The position numbers were made by a program, and so were the translations under genes. A stretch of DNA of 64,000 nucleotides, taken from Phoronis australis (Eukaryota; Animalia; Phoronida). The notes below the pieces were generated by a model. That model had not been told where the DNA came from. It saw only the letters and a list, made by a program, of their open reading frames with translations, and did no database searches. Shown one piece after another: positions 44,777 through 59,200 of this stretch (the first letter of the stretch is position 1; every line of letters starts with the position of its first letter). The stretch spans positions 662,863-726,862 of the forward strand of contig NMRA01000035.1 of NCBI GenBank assembly GCA_002633005.1. Reading direction: 5' to 3'.

Positions 44777-45445
44777 GAGAAAAAAGTGCTGAAATTTTTT
44801 TAATTGTGAGGGGAGTTCTATCCGTCCTAACTAGGACTTCTGATTCAATCCAGCAGAATATGAGTTACCAAATTGACATGGCTGGATAAGACAAAACCCT
44901 GAAGATTATTGCCTTGTACTATTCTGCTAGGGATATCTGTTGACGTTACAATTTGCAGTAACGTCATGAAGCTCATAGTTCAAAGGTTAGCTTTGCTCAT
45001 TTGCTTCATACTCCTGACATATTTTTTATCTTCATATATTGTGTATTCGTGTCAAATATATGATGATCCTGTTATCTGTAAATCAGAAATTTAACGTGAT
45101 TTTATTTTTATCATGAAGAATGTCATTGAAAATCATTTTGTTCATACTTAGTGAGAAAAAAGTGCTGAAATGTTTGAACAGTGATACAAATTCTAACGGT
45201 CCTAAGTAAGGTCTATGGATTTATTCCACGAACAAGACAAAATATGTGGCTTTTCTGCCTTAAATATTCTGTCACTAATATCTGTTGACAGAATTTGCAA
45301 TAGCGTCATTAGGCGTACCTTAAGTTAAGCTATACTCAATTAGCTCATATTCCTGTCATTATTTGTACTTTTTACCTTTACATATCGTATAATAAACCAT
45401 GGTAAATATAATACGTTCTTGTTATGTATAAATCATAAATTTGGC
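44777..45445. repeat. Diverged ~375-bp tandem duplication
   Basis: GAGAAAAAAGTGCTGAAAT at 44777 and 45153, followed by collinear blocks GTCCTAA, AAGACAAAA, ATATCTGTTGAC, AATTTGCA and TAAATCA. Confidence 0.75.
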
Positions 45446-47238
45446 AGCTTGACCTACACTCAAGTTTAGAGGCTGGCTGACTTCAATAAATCGTACATGT
45501 GTTCCTGTTATGTAAAAATTAAATGTCTAACAACTATAAAACTCTTCAGTCTTTGTTTTGATAATTTGAATAACAATAGTTTTACACACGATCTACAAAG
45601 TGCACGGCACATCGTCAAGTCGGTGAACGTCAGATAGGGGTCATGATACACCTCTTAAAAAGTTCTAAAAGCCACGTTTGCCTATCGATGGTTTTGTTGT
45701 TATATCCAATTGTAAAGAGTTGCATACCATTGGAAAATCACCCGTCATTAAAAACTTGGTCTTTTAGAAGATATCTAACCAAATAAGCAACAGGGCTCGG
45801 AATGACCAATGACAATAAATGAGGAAAATTTTCCATGTATCGTTTCATAAATAAATAGGCTCGTGTGATAGAAATATTTTCTATGTTGTAAAATTTAATA
45901 GAAGTAGACGTTTTTGCATGATAAAGTCAAGACAATGATTAAAAAAGAGACACAAAAAGAAGAAACTCGAAATCAAATAAGATGAAATCAAAACCAAAAA
46001 GAGTATATCCTCTTAAAAGAGGAAAATTCCAAGCCCTCTTGAAGAGCATTTACTATTAAGTAAGAAACAACAACATGAATTATCCCATGCACTTTCATAT
46101 TTATTCCTGAAAAAGACTGACATAAGCACAGCTGATAGGTTTAGTCACTTCATAAACTAATATTAATATAACAAAAAAAAACACCTGATCACAGAAAATA
46201 TAAGTAAACTTAAATACCTAATATCTATCTCCAATATCAGCACAGTGGTGCGATTCAAAACATTTCAGGTACAAAATAATACTCCGCAGATCAATTCATC
46301 AATAATTAATAGACCTTGAAACAATACTAACAACATACTGTGAAACAAACTAAACATACGAGAAGGCTTCATTGGATGACATTTGTGTGTACAAGCACAA
46401 CTAACTACATGCCTAGACTTTGTTCACTTGGAAAAAGAACGTTAAAAGTGACCACAATCAAAGATACAACCTTTTACCATGATACACATATTGCTGAGTT
46501 AGTAAGTGTCGTTGAAAACAATAATTTTTGCCTTTTTGTAAATCCGCAAAAAATCTTGCAGCCAAAATGCACTAGAATGACATATAAAACCTACCACCTA
46601 CCGCAAACCCCTACTGATTAACGAACCAAAGCTGACAATTAGATAATAATCATTCTAGAAATAATAGAACAAATGATCTAAAACACTAACAGCCAGGACA
46701 GAAATTATTACAAAGCAAAAAACTGAAAAAACTAGAAAGGGAGACATCTTTTACTAGTACTGACAAAATGTAACTCTATTAACTTGAAATTACCTCACCT
46801 TCAAGAAAACTGAGAACAAAATTTCATTTACCATATTGCACAAAAGCAAATGATTTCTTTATTATATGAATAATCAAATAGACTTGATGAGCATACTTTG
46901 TCCTCTAAAATTCTAATTTTGATTAAGTTCACATCTATTTAGAATATTCATCATCAGCCTAGATCAATGTTGAAGCAAACTTTCACAACAGTAAGCAAAC
47001 TAGAAATAATTTCTGGCAATAATTTTTATACAAAATGTATCAAATAAGTAATTGAATGGTAGTCATTAAAACATTACAAAAGCCATCATGAAAAACACCA
47101 AATGTGTGCTTGAAGAATTTCCTACTCACTATCTCTGAGGATGTTACTATCATTTCGACATGGTTACATGTTATTTACAGACAACCACCAGATGGAAGCA
47201 CATGCTACTCAGACTTTACAGACTGTAGCGCCCTCTGA

Positions 47239-50200
47239 CTAGCGCTCCCCAACCAGAGCCAGCAACATCTGCTTGTATTTACCACTACAGTCATCCTAAA
47301 AAACAGAAAATCAAATTTTCATTGGTCAAAACTTATGAGTAACTTTATCAGCAAGTTAAATCATTCAGATAAATATTTCCTACATTGTAGAAATTAAAGC
47401 AACTATGAACCGGCGTTCCATCCAAGAACTTAACTTTTTATTTAGCCTACTTGCCACTATACAAGAGCAACGTGGAGCATTGAAATGCGCCCAAGAATGC
47501 ATCGCAAATGGTGTGCTTCTAGGGTTGTTTATTTGTGCCATAAAAATGGCCACTAGATGGCGCAAACATGTACAATCCATCTGAAAACGGAATATGTCAT
47601 TGCTTCTTTAATAGAAAGCTATACACTAAATTTCATAGAAATCTGTCACGGAAATTAAGAGAAACAAAAAAAACACAAAAAATAAAATTGCCACTAGGTG
47701 ACACACCAGTAGTCAGATCTGTCCGAAAGTCGTCGTCGTTCGTTGTCATCATCATATAAATGCACTTACTAAATTTAGTAAAGATCCGGAAAATGGTTTA
47801 GGAGATATAGCCATAGGCGCAAAAAAACAAAACTGCCACAAGGAGGCGCCACAGTAGTCAAAGTCGTCGGAAAATCATCATCAACCGACCTCTTCACAGT
47901 AAGAACATACAATCATGCTTAGAAGCGGTTTGTTTGATAGAGGGGTGGATGCTAAAAAACTCCAAAATTGTAAAAATGGCCACTAGGTGGCGCAAACTAC
48001 GTCATCCGAAAACAGGAGGATACCGTTGTTTCACTAATAGATGCCTATATACTAAATTTTGTGAAAATATGTTGAGGAACTTTGAAGATACAGAGGTAAA
48101 CGTAAAAAATTAAAATTGCTACTAGGGGACACACCGGCAGTGAGATCCGTCCGAAAGTTCGCTCATGCTGTCCCATCCATGAAAGGAACACATAAGCAAA
48201 ATTTCATGAATATATGTCAATCGGTTTTGAAGATAGAGCAGCGGACGCCGGACGGACAGACACCGGACGGACGGATGGACGGACGGACAGAGATGATGGC
48301 ATAATGCGTCCACATATAAATGTGTGGGTGCATAAAAATTGGTCTCCGGGTGCAGCTCCAGGATTTTGAGTTGGGGGGCAGAGCATAGTATTGGTCAGGA
48401 TTTTGCCTGTCAGACATTCACACCCCCGAACTGCCAAATGGAATATGGGAGAATTTTAGGGGGCCATGGCCCCCTTGGCACCCCTCCCCCTAAATCCGCC
48501 ATTGGTCTCTAACTTGTTCCTTGCTCAGTTGAGAAGTGATTTCTGGGTTGGCAAAAAACTGACAGTTTGTTATTCCTTGATACGATGCTAAGCACATAAA
48601 AAGAAAACAGGCCAACCTGGACTCCAGCACTAACAAACTGTCAGGTCTTTTGAAGCCCCGAAATGATCTCCAGCTTGACAAAGCAAAAATTTGAGACCAA
48701 GTTCATTATGACAAGTGGTCAAAAATCGTTATGAAAACATGATTTTATTGACATGTTTGGTTTTAGGGCTGAAAAAATGAAATGCATTGTGGTGTCGCGT
48801 ATTAGTAAGCGCCAGTCTCCATAAGCTCCAAGTAAAAGCCAGTTGAAAACACTATTTGTAAACAAAGTGCCAGGTCTCAAATAAGTGCACGGGCCGGTAA
48901 TTCGAGACTAACTGAAAGAACAATTCTGACTGCAATTCACTGTTTTTCTGGATAGTCTAGGGCCTACTGTTAACTGAATACAAGTCAACATAAACGAGTG
49001 AAAAGTAACAAAAAGATGCATTGTAAGTGTTAAACTTCATGAGTGGCACTTCTGCTAATGGTAAGTGTTGGTATAGTTTATTAGCCTGTGTATAGATATC
49101 GCTTGTTGTCAATTAAAACATGGTTTCTCAAGTTCGTTGTACAGCATGGCCTTGTATAATATGCAACACTACAGAACTTCCTACCAAAACAATGACACAG
49201 TCAAATTAATTCTGACATAAATATTCAAGATGAAACCTCAAAATTCTGTCAGTTTTCTAAACTGCCTTTTCATTTTTGTTCATGCTTTTCATAGAAAACA
49301 TAAAAGTCTAAATTGTTGATAGCACCAAATGAAAAAACTAGTTTTTTAAAAACAACTAATAACAGAGTTTCAGAGAGCAGTGCACAAATTGAGATACGAA
49401 TAACTGTATGCCTCGGTAACATATTGGCCAATACTCAAGTGATCCCATCGATTGAGTTCTATCCCCAAAGACCAAGCATGACTGAGCAACATTTAATTGG
49501 ATCAGGAGATCAAAGATGTGAAACCAATACAATTCATGCATGCAGAAGACAAAATCTGCGTAGATTTTGGTCACGCATCTGCTGGACAATGTCTGAGTGC
49601 TTCGAGCAATAACCGTTTGTGCCAGCAAACCATTTGAAATTGGATGGCCATCTCCAGATAACAAAAGCCACGTGGAGCCTTGAAATGTGCCGCAAATGGC
49701 ATGCTTCTACAGGTGTTTTTAGCGTCATAAAATTGGCCATTAGACAGCACAGAATGCATCAAACCCGTCCGAATTGAGAAGGTGGCGTTGTCTCTTTAAT
49801 ATAAAACTATTTGCAAAATTTCATGAAAATAAGCTAAGGAACTCCAAAGAAATAGAGGCAAATGTAAAAAAGACAATTGACACCAGGGGGCACAATAGTC
49901 TGATTGGTCTGAAACTCATTGTCATCTATTGCCATCCCCATAGGAGCCCATCCCCCAAATTTTGCAAAGATCCTTTAAGGGTTAAGGAGATACAGTCGTA
50001 GAGGCATAAAAAGCAAAATTGCCTTTAAAAGATGTAAAAGTAGTCAAAACCATCCGAAAATCGATGTCAGCCCTCCCCCCCCCCTTAAATCCACCTAAGG
50101 ATCATAAGGAGATTGCCTGTAGATGTCAAACAAACAAACAAGAATGTCTGAGGTTCTACTGATATCCTGCAAGTGAGTAACCCCCCCACAGGAATTAAAA

Positions 50201-53200
50201 AAATGTTTACTTCACTCGATGGTACACAGATTATTGAATTTTAATGCTGACGCTCGACTGATGCCCGACGTAATCTCTTGACAAACGACTGATCAACTGC
50301 CCAATACGATCATTTTCTGCCCAGAAATTCATCAGACTGGCATTGGAACCGTTATTTGATAAGAAATAAAGTTTTCACTTTGTCTTTGAGGATTTTGTTT
50401 AGTCTGAAAAATCCGAATAACAATCACAATATAAGTAACATAACCATGATTACAGGCATTTACTCACCTTGATGAACTCTCCGAGAGATTTGTTGTATAG
50501 TCGCTGAAACTCTCTTTTGATTTCCAACATGTCGACTTCACATCGACTGACAATAATTCGAATAAGTGTACGGTCATCAGTCCCAAGGCCCTAAGTACAA
50601 GAGACATGTAAATAGCTTTTCCGAAAAAAACTCGAAAACAGTTTTTACAAAGTACTGTGAGACTCAAGTGAAAAATACAGCCACGGTTTACGCACTTGTG
50701 ATATATTAGCTCAGACACAACAAGAACAAACTTCTCAGTTCTAAGTCAAACCTCCACTTTATCACCACAACTGCTTATAAAAAGAGTAGAGAGCAGACGT
50801 AAAAGTTTGTCACAAACTTGAGTGAGTTAATTACGCAGCACTACAAATATTGTTCGTTTCCCACTGCCCACCTTCTCCGCTCAGAAATGGGTACCTTAAA
50901 TATTTGATTTACCATTTTTCATTCACAAGGTGGGCTGAGTTTTACAGCCACAAATACATCTCCTTTTACAACTACAAAAATTCTTAGGTCAGATATCAAG
51001 ACAACATTGATCTCTTAATTAATAGCAATGCAAAATACGTGACAATGAGTGACCAGCCACTAGCCAAGTTTTTCAACAGAAATTTTTGCACTCATAATTA
51101 CACCCTTCAGTAAGACACCACAAATCTCACAGCAAGGACTTGTAGTATCAGGGGATATAAATTTTTGATGTGCTAGCAAAACAGCATGTTACCTTTATCA
51201 TTACCAACTGATACTACAACAAATCATTTGTTTTTATCCATGTGCTTTGAAACGATTGTGGTAATACATACCTTCATAGATTTGTAAAGTTTTTCAGCAA
51301 AATAGGCAGCTTTTCCCCGTGTTACTTTAACTGTAAAGGAGACGCAAGAAATAAATATTTTGAAAGATACAAATCACAACGACCTTGCATATAATGTTTG
51401 ACAGTCAAGACGGCAAGCACAATAACAGTTCACACAGGTTACATGATGTAGAGAAAAGTTTTGTTATTGTATTGCGCTGCGTATTACACTGTATTATACT
51501 GGTTTATACAGCTGCGTTATATTGGATTATATGGTATTATACTCAGGTTCATACGGTGTTTTACTGTATTGTTGTATTATTGCACACAGACACATGAGTA
51601 TCCTCCTGGGGGTTGTTTCTCGAAGAATGTATTGTCTTCTGGCTAAAGATCAGGCTACGGATGGCTTAACCTGTTTCACAAAACTAAGTTAACACTAAAA
51701 GTTGGAAAATCTGTCAACAGCTCGAAGTCAAAAGAAGGAAATATCCTGCTTGGGAGCAAACTAATAGCCAACGTCAAGAGACAAAAAAACAACTTTTGGC
51801 AATAAATAGACTCTCCAAGAAACAGGCCCCGTGAAAATTGAGATAGCATTGAAGAGACCACACTCATTTTAAACAATAAAAACAAAATAATAATTAATTT
51901 AAGCAGCTGAATACACATGAATTCATAATCTAGTGATCCGATTGGATAACAAACGTGAAGCCAAGGTAGAGTTTTGTAGACGCAATAATCTCACAAGAAA
52001 GCTTGTGTGATCAAGTGCTTTGCTAGTAATACACCGCAATATTTCACAAAGTCTGGTGAGTTCTTGCTTTTCTCGAAAAAACCTAACTCTATAGAACGCA
52101 TGCCTGGTTACCCTTCCAGGTTCTTAACCAACAGACGCTTTATGAACCATTAACTAACAACGTACCAATGGATATCATGCCAGTGGCCAGGTCACCGGAC
52201 ATTTCACTCTGAATGGCCTTCTCCATGGTGTGCCCTGTCAAGGTGAAATACTCTTCAAACACCGCCCTCAATTGGGCGTGGCTCTGAGAGGCCAGGACAG
52301 CGTTGAACCGTGACTCGTCCGTACCCCACTTATTCTCGCCAGCTTGGTACAGAGCCTGTAAGTTGAAACCATTTCTTAGTTATGGTAGAAACTGAATAAC
52401 AGCGCACTTTGACACACTTCCCCGTACCAAATCATGACTAAATATTTAATTCACAACAAGAATTAACTTAAATTTCCATCAAAATGAGTGTTTCGTATAG
52501 TTACTTGAATTCAGTCCATCAGCCTATTCTGACTAATAAAATCAACAATTGGACACGCTGATGCCAAATTAATCTGTACATGAAGTTTTTCAACGTGATC
52601 GCCCCATTTCATCAGTTTTTAGTCAGTAAAAAAACCTAAAGCAGAGTATACACATTTAACGATTAAAATGAACATCCACTGAGATGAAATAATAAATAAA
52701 TGAGCAACCAATGAGATGATGACACACAAATGAACATCCACTGAAATGATGCCATAAAAGTGAACATCCACTGGTATAATACTCAAAAATGAGCATCCAA
52801 TGAGGCACTGACTCAAAAATAAAGACGTACTCGGGTATAACACAAAAATGAACATCCACCGCGATAGTGACATAAAAATGACATCCACTGCAATGAAGAT
52901 CTGCAGTTGACATCCACAAAAATGAACATCTGCTCAAATAATGACACAAAAATGAACATCTGCTGAAATAATGACACAAAAATGAACATCCGCTGAAATG
53001 CTGACATAAAAACGACCCACGATAACATAAAAAATTACATACTGATGCATCAGTCTTGGCCTTCTGACGATCAACTGTCAAATTTTCTGATCTGTTACCC
53101 TGCAAACATACAGTTTTCAATAAGCATGTAACGAGCTGATTATAATTTCAGTTAAATCCGACACGAAACTGTTCTGTAATAGGACAAAATAATGAACGGG

Positions 53201-56200
53201 TATTCTGCGAAATTTTCAACAGCAAATTAAACGAATATCTAAAGACTACTACAAAATATTAAATCAATGGTCAAAAAGTGTTTAAACTTAAATCCAAATA
53301 TGAATTAAAATCCAAAACCACAAATAGCACAACAGTAGAACCAAAATTGCTGGGTAAAACTCACAGTCGTCATAGAAACCATGAATCTTGCAAAATGTCC
53401 AGACGTTTCTGATTTCAGATCGTGTTCCAAGCTGTGCGAATGGACTGTCAACAAAAGTAGGACTTACACAAACAAAAGAAAAGCAATCAAAACACTCTGT
53501 GCAACGTTTAGGATCTGACAGCACCCAGCAGTAAGGTTTTGCCAATTTATCCTAAAGAATGCCCCGACAGATTCAACCTTACGCGCTCATCACAAAACAT
53601 CAGGAAAAGCTTTCGTTGGATACAAAACCAAGTCGAACCTAGTGATGAGTATGCATTGTTGTTTTATGTCGGGGAAAACACTTACATTTGCTAGAGAAAC
53701 CATGAGTCTCTTAAAATGGCCGGATGTATCATTAATGATTGCCTGCTCCAGTGTCCGTTTGTAATCTAAAAAGGAAAACCAGTGCACGCACATGCTAAGA
53801 AGGTTGCTACTAACAGCACTCGGATGTTAAAGCGAGACAGTGGGCGCTTCCAGACAACTGAAGTTTGAGACGATTTGAATAAGCTTATCAGTCAGTCTGG
53901 ACATAATTCAGAAGTTGCAGACTCCAAGTGTTAAACTCACTTTTTTCATAATTTCAGAAGTATTTCTCCATAACCGTGAGACAAACAAAAGCCGTACTTG
54001 CCTCTGAAAGGTATACGTGTCCCAACAGAATAGTTGTTAGCCCAGGATGTGCTCGCGTGCAACCTCGCTTTAACTCATGTTGTTAACAAGGAAAATTACT
54101 GTATCCTATTTACACAACGCCTTTCAGCACATATTGTATTCTTTCGTAAAGTTTGTAAGCGTACGTGTTAAATGGCTTCTGCACAGGTCCTACTCCTTGC
54201 TACAGTTTCTGTGTAGGCCGGGTTAAGGTTATGTAAGTCTGTGTATTAAGACAAATACCTAAAAAAATCATAGATTTTAACCCAGTAACAATGAAGTATA
54301 ACTTTCTGAAGGTAGAAAGTCCGTGGAATTGGATTTTTTACATTTTACCAATGTGTTATTAATTGAGTCACATGACCATGTCTTTTCAGTAAAAATAAAC
54401 AAAAACGAAAGATACGTTCATGATAGAAAGACAATGGTATCAATGAATTGATCAAATTTTATTTGATATAAAAGCACAAGATAAGATGTCAAAAATGCTG
54501 TTCCAGATTTCTAAAATATTTCAATTTCATTTTATGCAACTTCAGATTTTTTCATGAAAATCAAAAAGTCCAATTTTTCAACATCCCTTGAGGCAAAAGT
54601 GGAACATTTTAAAATGATTCTTAACGCTGCTTTAGAGAGCAGCGCATAAAACATTAACTCAAAGTTTCACATGAATCCGATCAGCTATATTTGAGATATG
54701 ATGTTCTGAATTTACCAATTAAATTCGAACGCTTCTTCCAACCTTAAGAACTTGCAAAGATTTTTTTTTGTAAATTAGGAAAGTACGATTATTATGTTAA
54801 GAATATGAAAGCTTTTGAAGACTTTGACAGCTAAGGAGAAGATTGTGACAGGGTTGGTTGCACGCACTGAACTATGCCATTCCCCCGCCAGTGGCTCTGA
54901 GAGAGTCATGTTAAAGGAGTAATCGGGAAAGATGTGAAACTTAAAATTGCATCAGCATTAGTGTACTTTATCAGAAGAGTGATGAGAATGACTATGGTGC
55001 AAAAGAGATACCAATAAAGGTAAGATAAGAGGGTGAAAATAACTACTCCTATATGTACAGTTGCATACTTCCCAAATAAATAAGATTAAGGATGACCTGA
55101 TAGCATTTTATGAAGCTTCCCTAAGAATTTATTACTTGATAACTCGAGCCTCTTGAGATGCCTAAATGGTACCTAAGGTCCTACAAAAATGTATTTCTGA
55201 CCTTTAAGTATTGTGAACATTGTTTTGATGGGGTCCGATTCTGATTAAAAGCCCTGGGTTCACGAGTTAAAGTGTTCGAAATTATACATAACGTCTAAAT
55301 TTCAGTGCCACAAAACAAAGCAAATGATTAAGCAGTAGCCTCTAAACATTTTGTATCGTAGTTTTCCGATGTAGCAAAGTGGTCAGTTTAACATGTACCT
55401 ACTTTGATTTAGATAAGCATCCAACATGTTTTACAAGTAGTTTTAATAATGAAAAAAGTGACAAAAAGCTTCATGCTAGTTAGAAAATAATACAAACGTC
55501 CATATTAGGCTCAAACACCATCTAGGTGCAGGTGAACTCAGCTACTTACTATACTTGTCACTTGTTACCCATAGCGCATAAAAATTTCAGTAACTGTTTA
55601 TAACACCGCTTTGTACGTGTTAGTGTCGGTGTTAATAAATAGCAAGTTTTACAGATAGTTAAACACACAACAGTGTTGTTTGTTTCTAACTTTAAAGGGC
55701 TATCTCCGCGGTACATACGTCGTCTCGTCCTTAGTTCAGACCTTGCACACAATAGTTGCCGTTGTCAAACTACTCTTCCTTTCAAGTTATAATAAAATAA
55801 TAAAACTGCCACCACATTGGATAAAATTTTCAATTGTTAAAAAGCGTTGATTCGTCAGAACTTTGGAGGAAGGAAAAATCAGATTATGACATGAAAATTG
55901 AAAAAAAAATTAATAACAATAGGACCATCATAATAAGCAATAGCACATTCAACTAACTATTAAATATAAGCAAAAGTGAAGTTAGAGAGGCAGCAAAGGG
56001 CAAACATGCAACATAGTAAAAATTAGTATTGCAGGCAGACAACCGATGGGGGAGCATGCAGCATTATAAAAAGCTTTATTTCTGAAGCTGAAGATGTGCC
56101 AAATTTAGACATCTCGATAGCAAGTATCAACAAGAACATGATTATAATTATATGAAAACACAGCTCACGGAAACATTACATTTAAAACATTCCAACAAAA

Positions 56201-59200
56201 ATCATTTTATGAAATTCTATCCTTTATTCAAGCTCAGTTGAGGAAATCCTTAAGTAGCTTGTTGCATTTCACGAAAATCAAATTAGGCCTTTACTCTCAT
56301 AAAATCAGTCTCATAATATTTCTTACCATGACTGAATTTCATTTCCATTACCAACAAGAACATCAAAACCATGAGTAGAGCAGAGTGACTTCAGTTGGTA
56401 ACAGAAATGGAATGTTATCAGGCTAAGCAATATTACGAGACTGCCTAACTGGATTTTTGTTTTTAGATAGTTAAACAGCGAGAAATACAGCTTTAAATAA
56501 AATCTAGGAACTGGCATTATCATAAAACAAAGCAATGCTGTTGGATGATGGTTTTTTCTTTGGAGGTCACCAGAAAGTTATTACAATGCCATGCACCCAA
56601 TGGGTGTGTATCTTGTGAACTTTGTGTCCGTCACAATAAAGTTGCACCAGCGTCATAAAAATGAAGTCAAACGTGAACCCTAATATTTACATAAATGAGC
56701 AAATTACTTACATAATTTATAAGCCTTATTAATGGCCTGTATTTCGCCATTGGATCTCGTACACAGTATCTCAATAAGACAATCTTCGTCAGTACCCAAG
56801 CCCTGAAATCGGATGTCACATTTTTGTAGTAGTAGTAGAAGTAGTAGTAGTAGTAGTAGTAGCACTAGTGTGTTTATTTTATGTCATATAAAATACAAGA
56901 AAATCCAATACTGAATTAGGGAAGGCCCTGCAAAGAATTTTACAGCCTGCTGACTCCAAGATAAAGAAATGTTATGGGTACCATGAAAATATATCTCAAT
57001 TACTACGACAGGTGAACATTAGACAAAGAAATCCACAAAGGTTGACAATTACTTTAAAAATATTTTACCCAAAAACCATTTTCTTATTTACCGCCATAGC
57101 TCTGTAGAGTTCCTTGGCATCGTACTCATCAGGTGGCGCCATTAACGCTATGACAACCTCTTCGTATAAGCCTCCCAGTTCACTCTTCAAGTCTTTGATC
57201 AAATCCTAACACATGAAACAACTCACTGTCAAAGTGGAAGTGGCTTCAGCTATTAACTCCAACAAATATTAACAAGAATGGCCTTATAAGCAAGAAACAT
57301 GCAAATATTCTTCATAATGAAATAACAAATGCAATGACAGAAACTTCCAGTTTGAAATTTCAATAAAACACAAAAGCTACTATAATCTTGCCCTCTTTCA
57401 AAAACCCGTAACTTTTAATTTTGATTACTAACCACCTTTGCTATAAAACTGCTTTCAACTTGTTGCTCTTTCCTAAGATTACAGGCGACCTCTGGTGTCT
57501 GCTTCTTAAGACAGAAATTCAGTCTCACACTCCCACTTCAAAAATGCTAAATAAAGGTTTAGATAAGCAACTGAGAACACATCATTGTTTAGAAATGATT
57601 TACAGAAATTCTTAGAGACTGCGCTTTTGCTCAATTGAGATTTGAATACTGCTCAGAAATGCTTGGGCAGCGTGTAACTCCGAACTTCTGACTAATGTAA
57701 GTCTACAGTTATTTTTCATAAAACAGATCCCTGGTCTTGGAAATAATTGACAGTACAATATTGCTCAAGGCCATGACTGAAGCATACTCATCGGATCAAG
57801 ACAACCTACTGAGCAAAGACTGGAGCAATACAAAATTTCCATTCATTTCAAGATTGCTTCTTATTCATTTATATCTTTGTTAGTTTCTGTGATCGATAAT
57901 AGGTGTCACCGTATCTTATATTTCCTTGATGCTTAAATTATTAACACATGCGGCTAGTCATTCCTGTGGTGCATTGTGTTTTTCAAATTAAGGTTTTATT
58001 ACTTTAGCTTTGTGCCTCACAATGAACAAACGTTTGCTCGAAGATCAAGAATTAATACATCAAATGTTCAATCTGTATAGTTGACCACGTCTGCCATTGG
58101 TCAGTTACTCAGTGGATAAAACCTAGATTACGACGCTTTATTTCATCTTCTGGAACGAGTGAATATAAGAAGTTTCAAGATTCTAGAACACAAACCCCAA
58201 CTCAATAGAATGTCGTCATCCTATGACATCCAGCTATTCACACAGTTTCTGTAATTTTCCCGACATATGTTTTGCATGTTGTGTGTATTCATTCTAATGA
58301 TAATACAGCTCAGTGGAAGTTGTGAAACGTCGAGTACTTGTAATAAAGATGGAATTCTTTATTCACCTCTTTCACGAACGCGGGGCGCTGCTGTCGTGTT
58401 GATCGAAAACGAGGCGCCTTGACAAACATGGCATCGTCCTGCAAGGTGTTGTGGTCAAAAGACTTATCAACGTTACCAAAAATCAAGTTGTCTGATGTTG
58501 AATCGATCTCCAAAAACATACCAATACTTACGGCAACTAGACTTTTACCCTCCTCAGCCATTCCTTAGTAGTTTTCCCTCTTTTGAAAAAGTGTGGAAGT
58601 CAGGGATATACCCAGGCTTTTAGTCTTGAAAAACCCTACTCGCCAGCTGGGCGAGTGCCGGAGCCCGGCAGAAAATCTACTCGCCAAGCCCGAAGTTCGG
58701 TCACCCGGCCGTTGGCGCCAGTCACTACAAACTTGCTGCTAATTTAAATAAAAATCATCGTTTCGTGCACTGATGTCACCATCTATTAGGGCTACCGTAT
58801 TCGCTCTAATAAGCGCTCAGGGAGACTCTTTTTGTAGCCTACGGCAGTTAAAACCTGGTCTCCGAAACGGGTGAAATCGGAAGCTAGGATTCATCAAATT
58901 TACGCGCTGTGAAGTATGTGTAACCTATGACAGACTAGCTACAAAACTGTGGTGCATTGCTATCAAACTTTGTTGTTAAATTACGATCTATTTAAAAAAA
59001 TGTGCTGAAATCCCAGGGCGAAAACTTGCCGACTGATGCGTCGCTGCTTAGCGATCGTCGATAGGACAACTTGAATTCTTGAGTAAAAATAGTTTCGACT
59101 CAAATTAACTGAAATCCTCCCAAATAGCCTTTCCTAAGATTNTACAGGCGACCTCTGGTGTCTGCTTCTTAAGACAGAAATTCAGTCCCACACTCCCACT

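Noticed and set aside
45194-45206. TAACGGTCCTAAG, matching the bacterial 23S/I-CeuI site
   Set aside because: Only 13 nt with no flanking rRNA similarity, and the duplicate copy differs.
50468-50590. CTGATGA on the minus strand suggesting a hammerhead ribozyme
   Set aside because: It is the GTDD codons of an annexin exon, and there is no GAAA core with the required stems.
52619-53120. Cys/Phe-rich repetitive ORFs; CRISPR-like periodicity
   Set aside because: A degenerate ~30-bp minisatellite without unique spacers in a eukaryotic intron. Only 53043-53099 is a real (annexin) exon.
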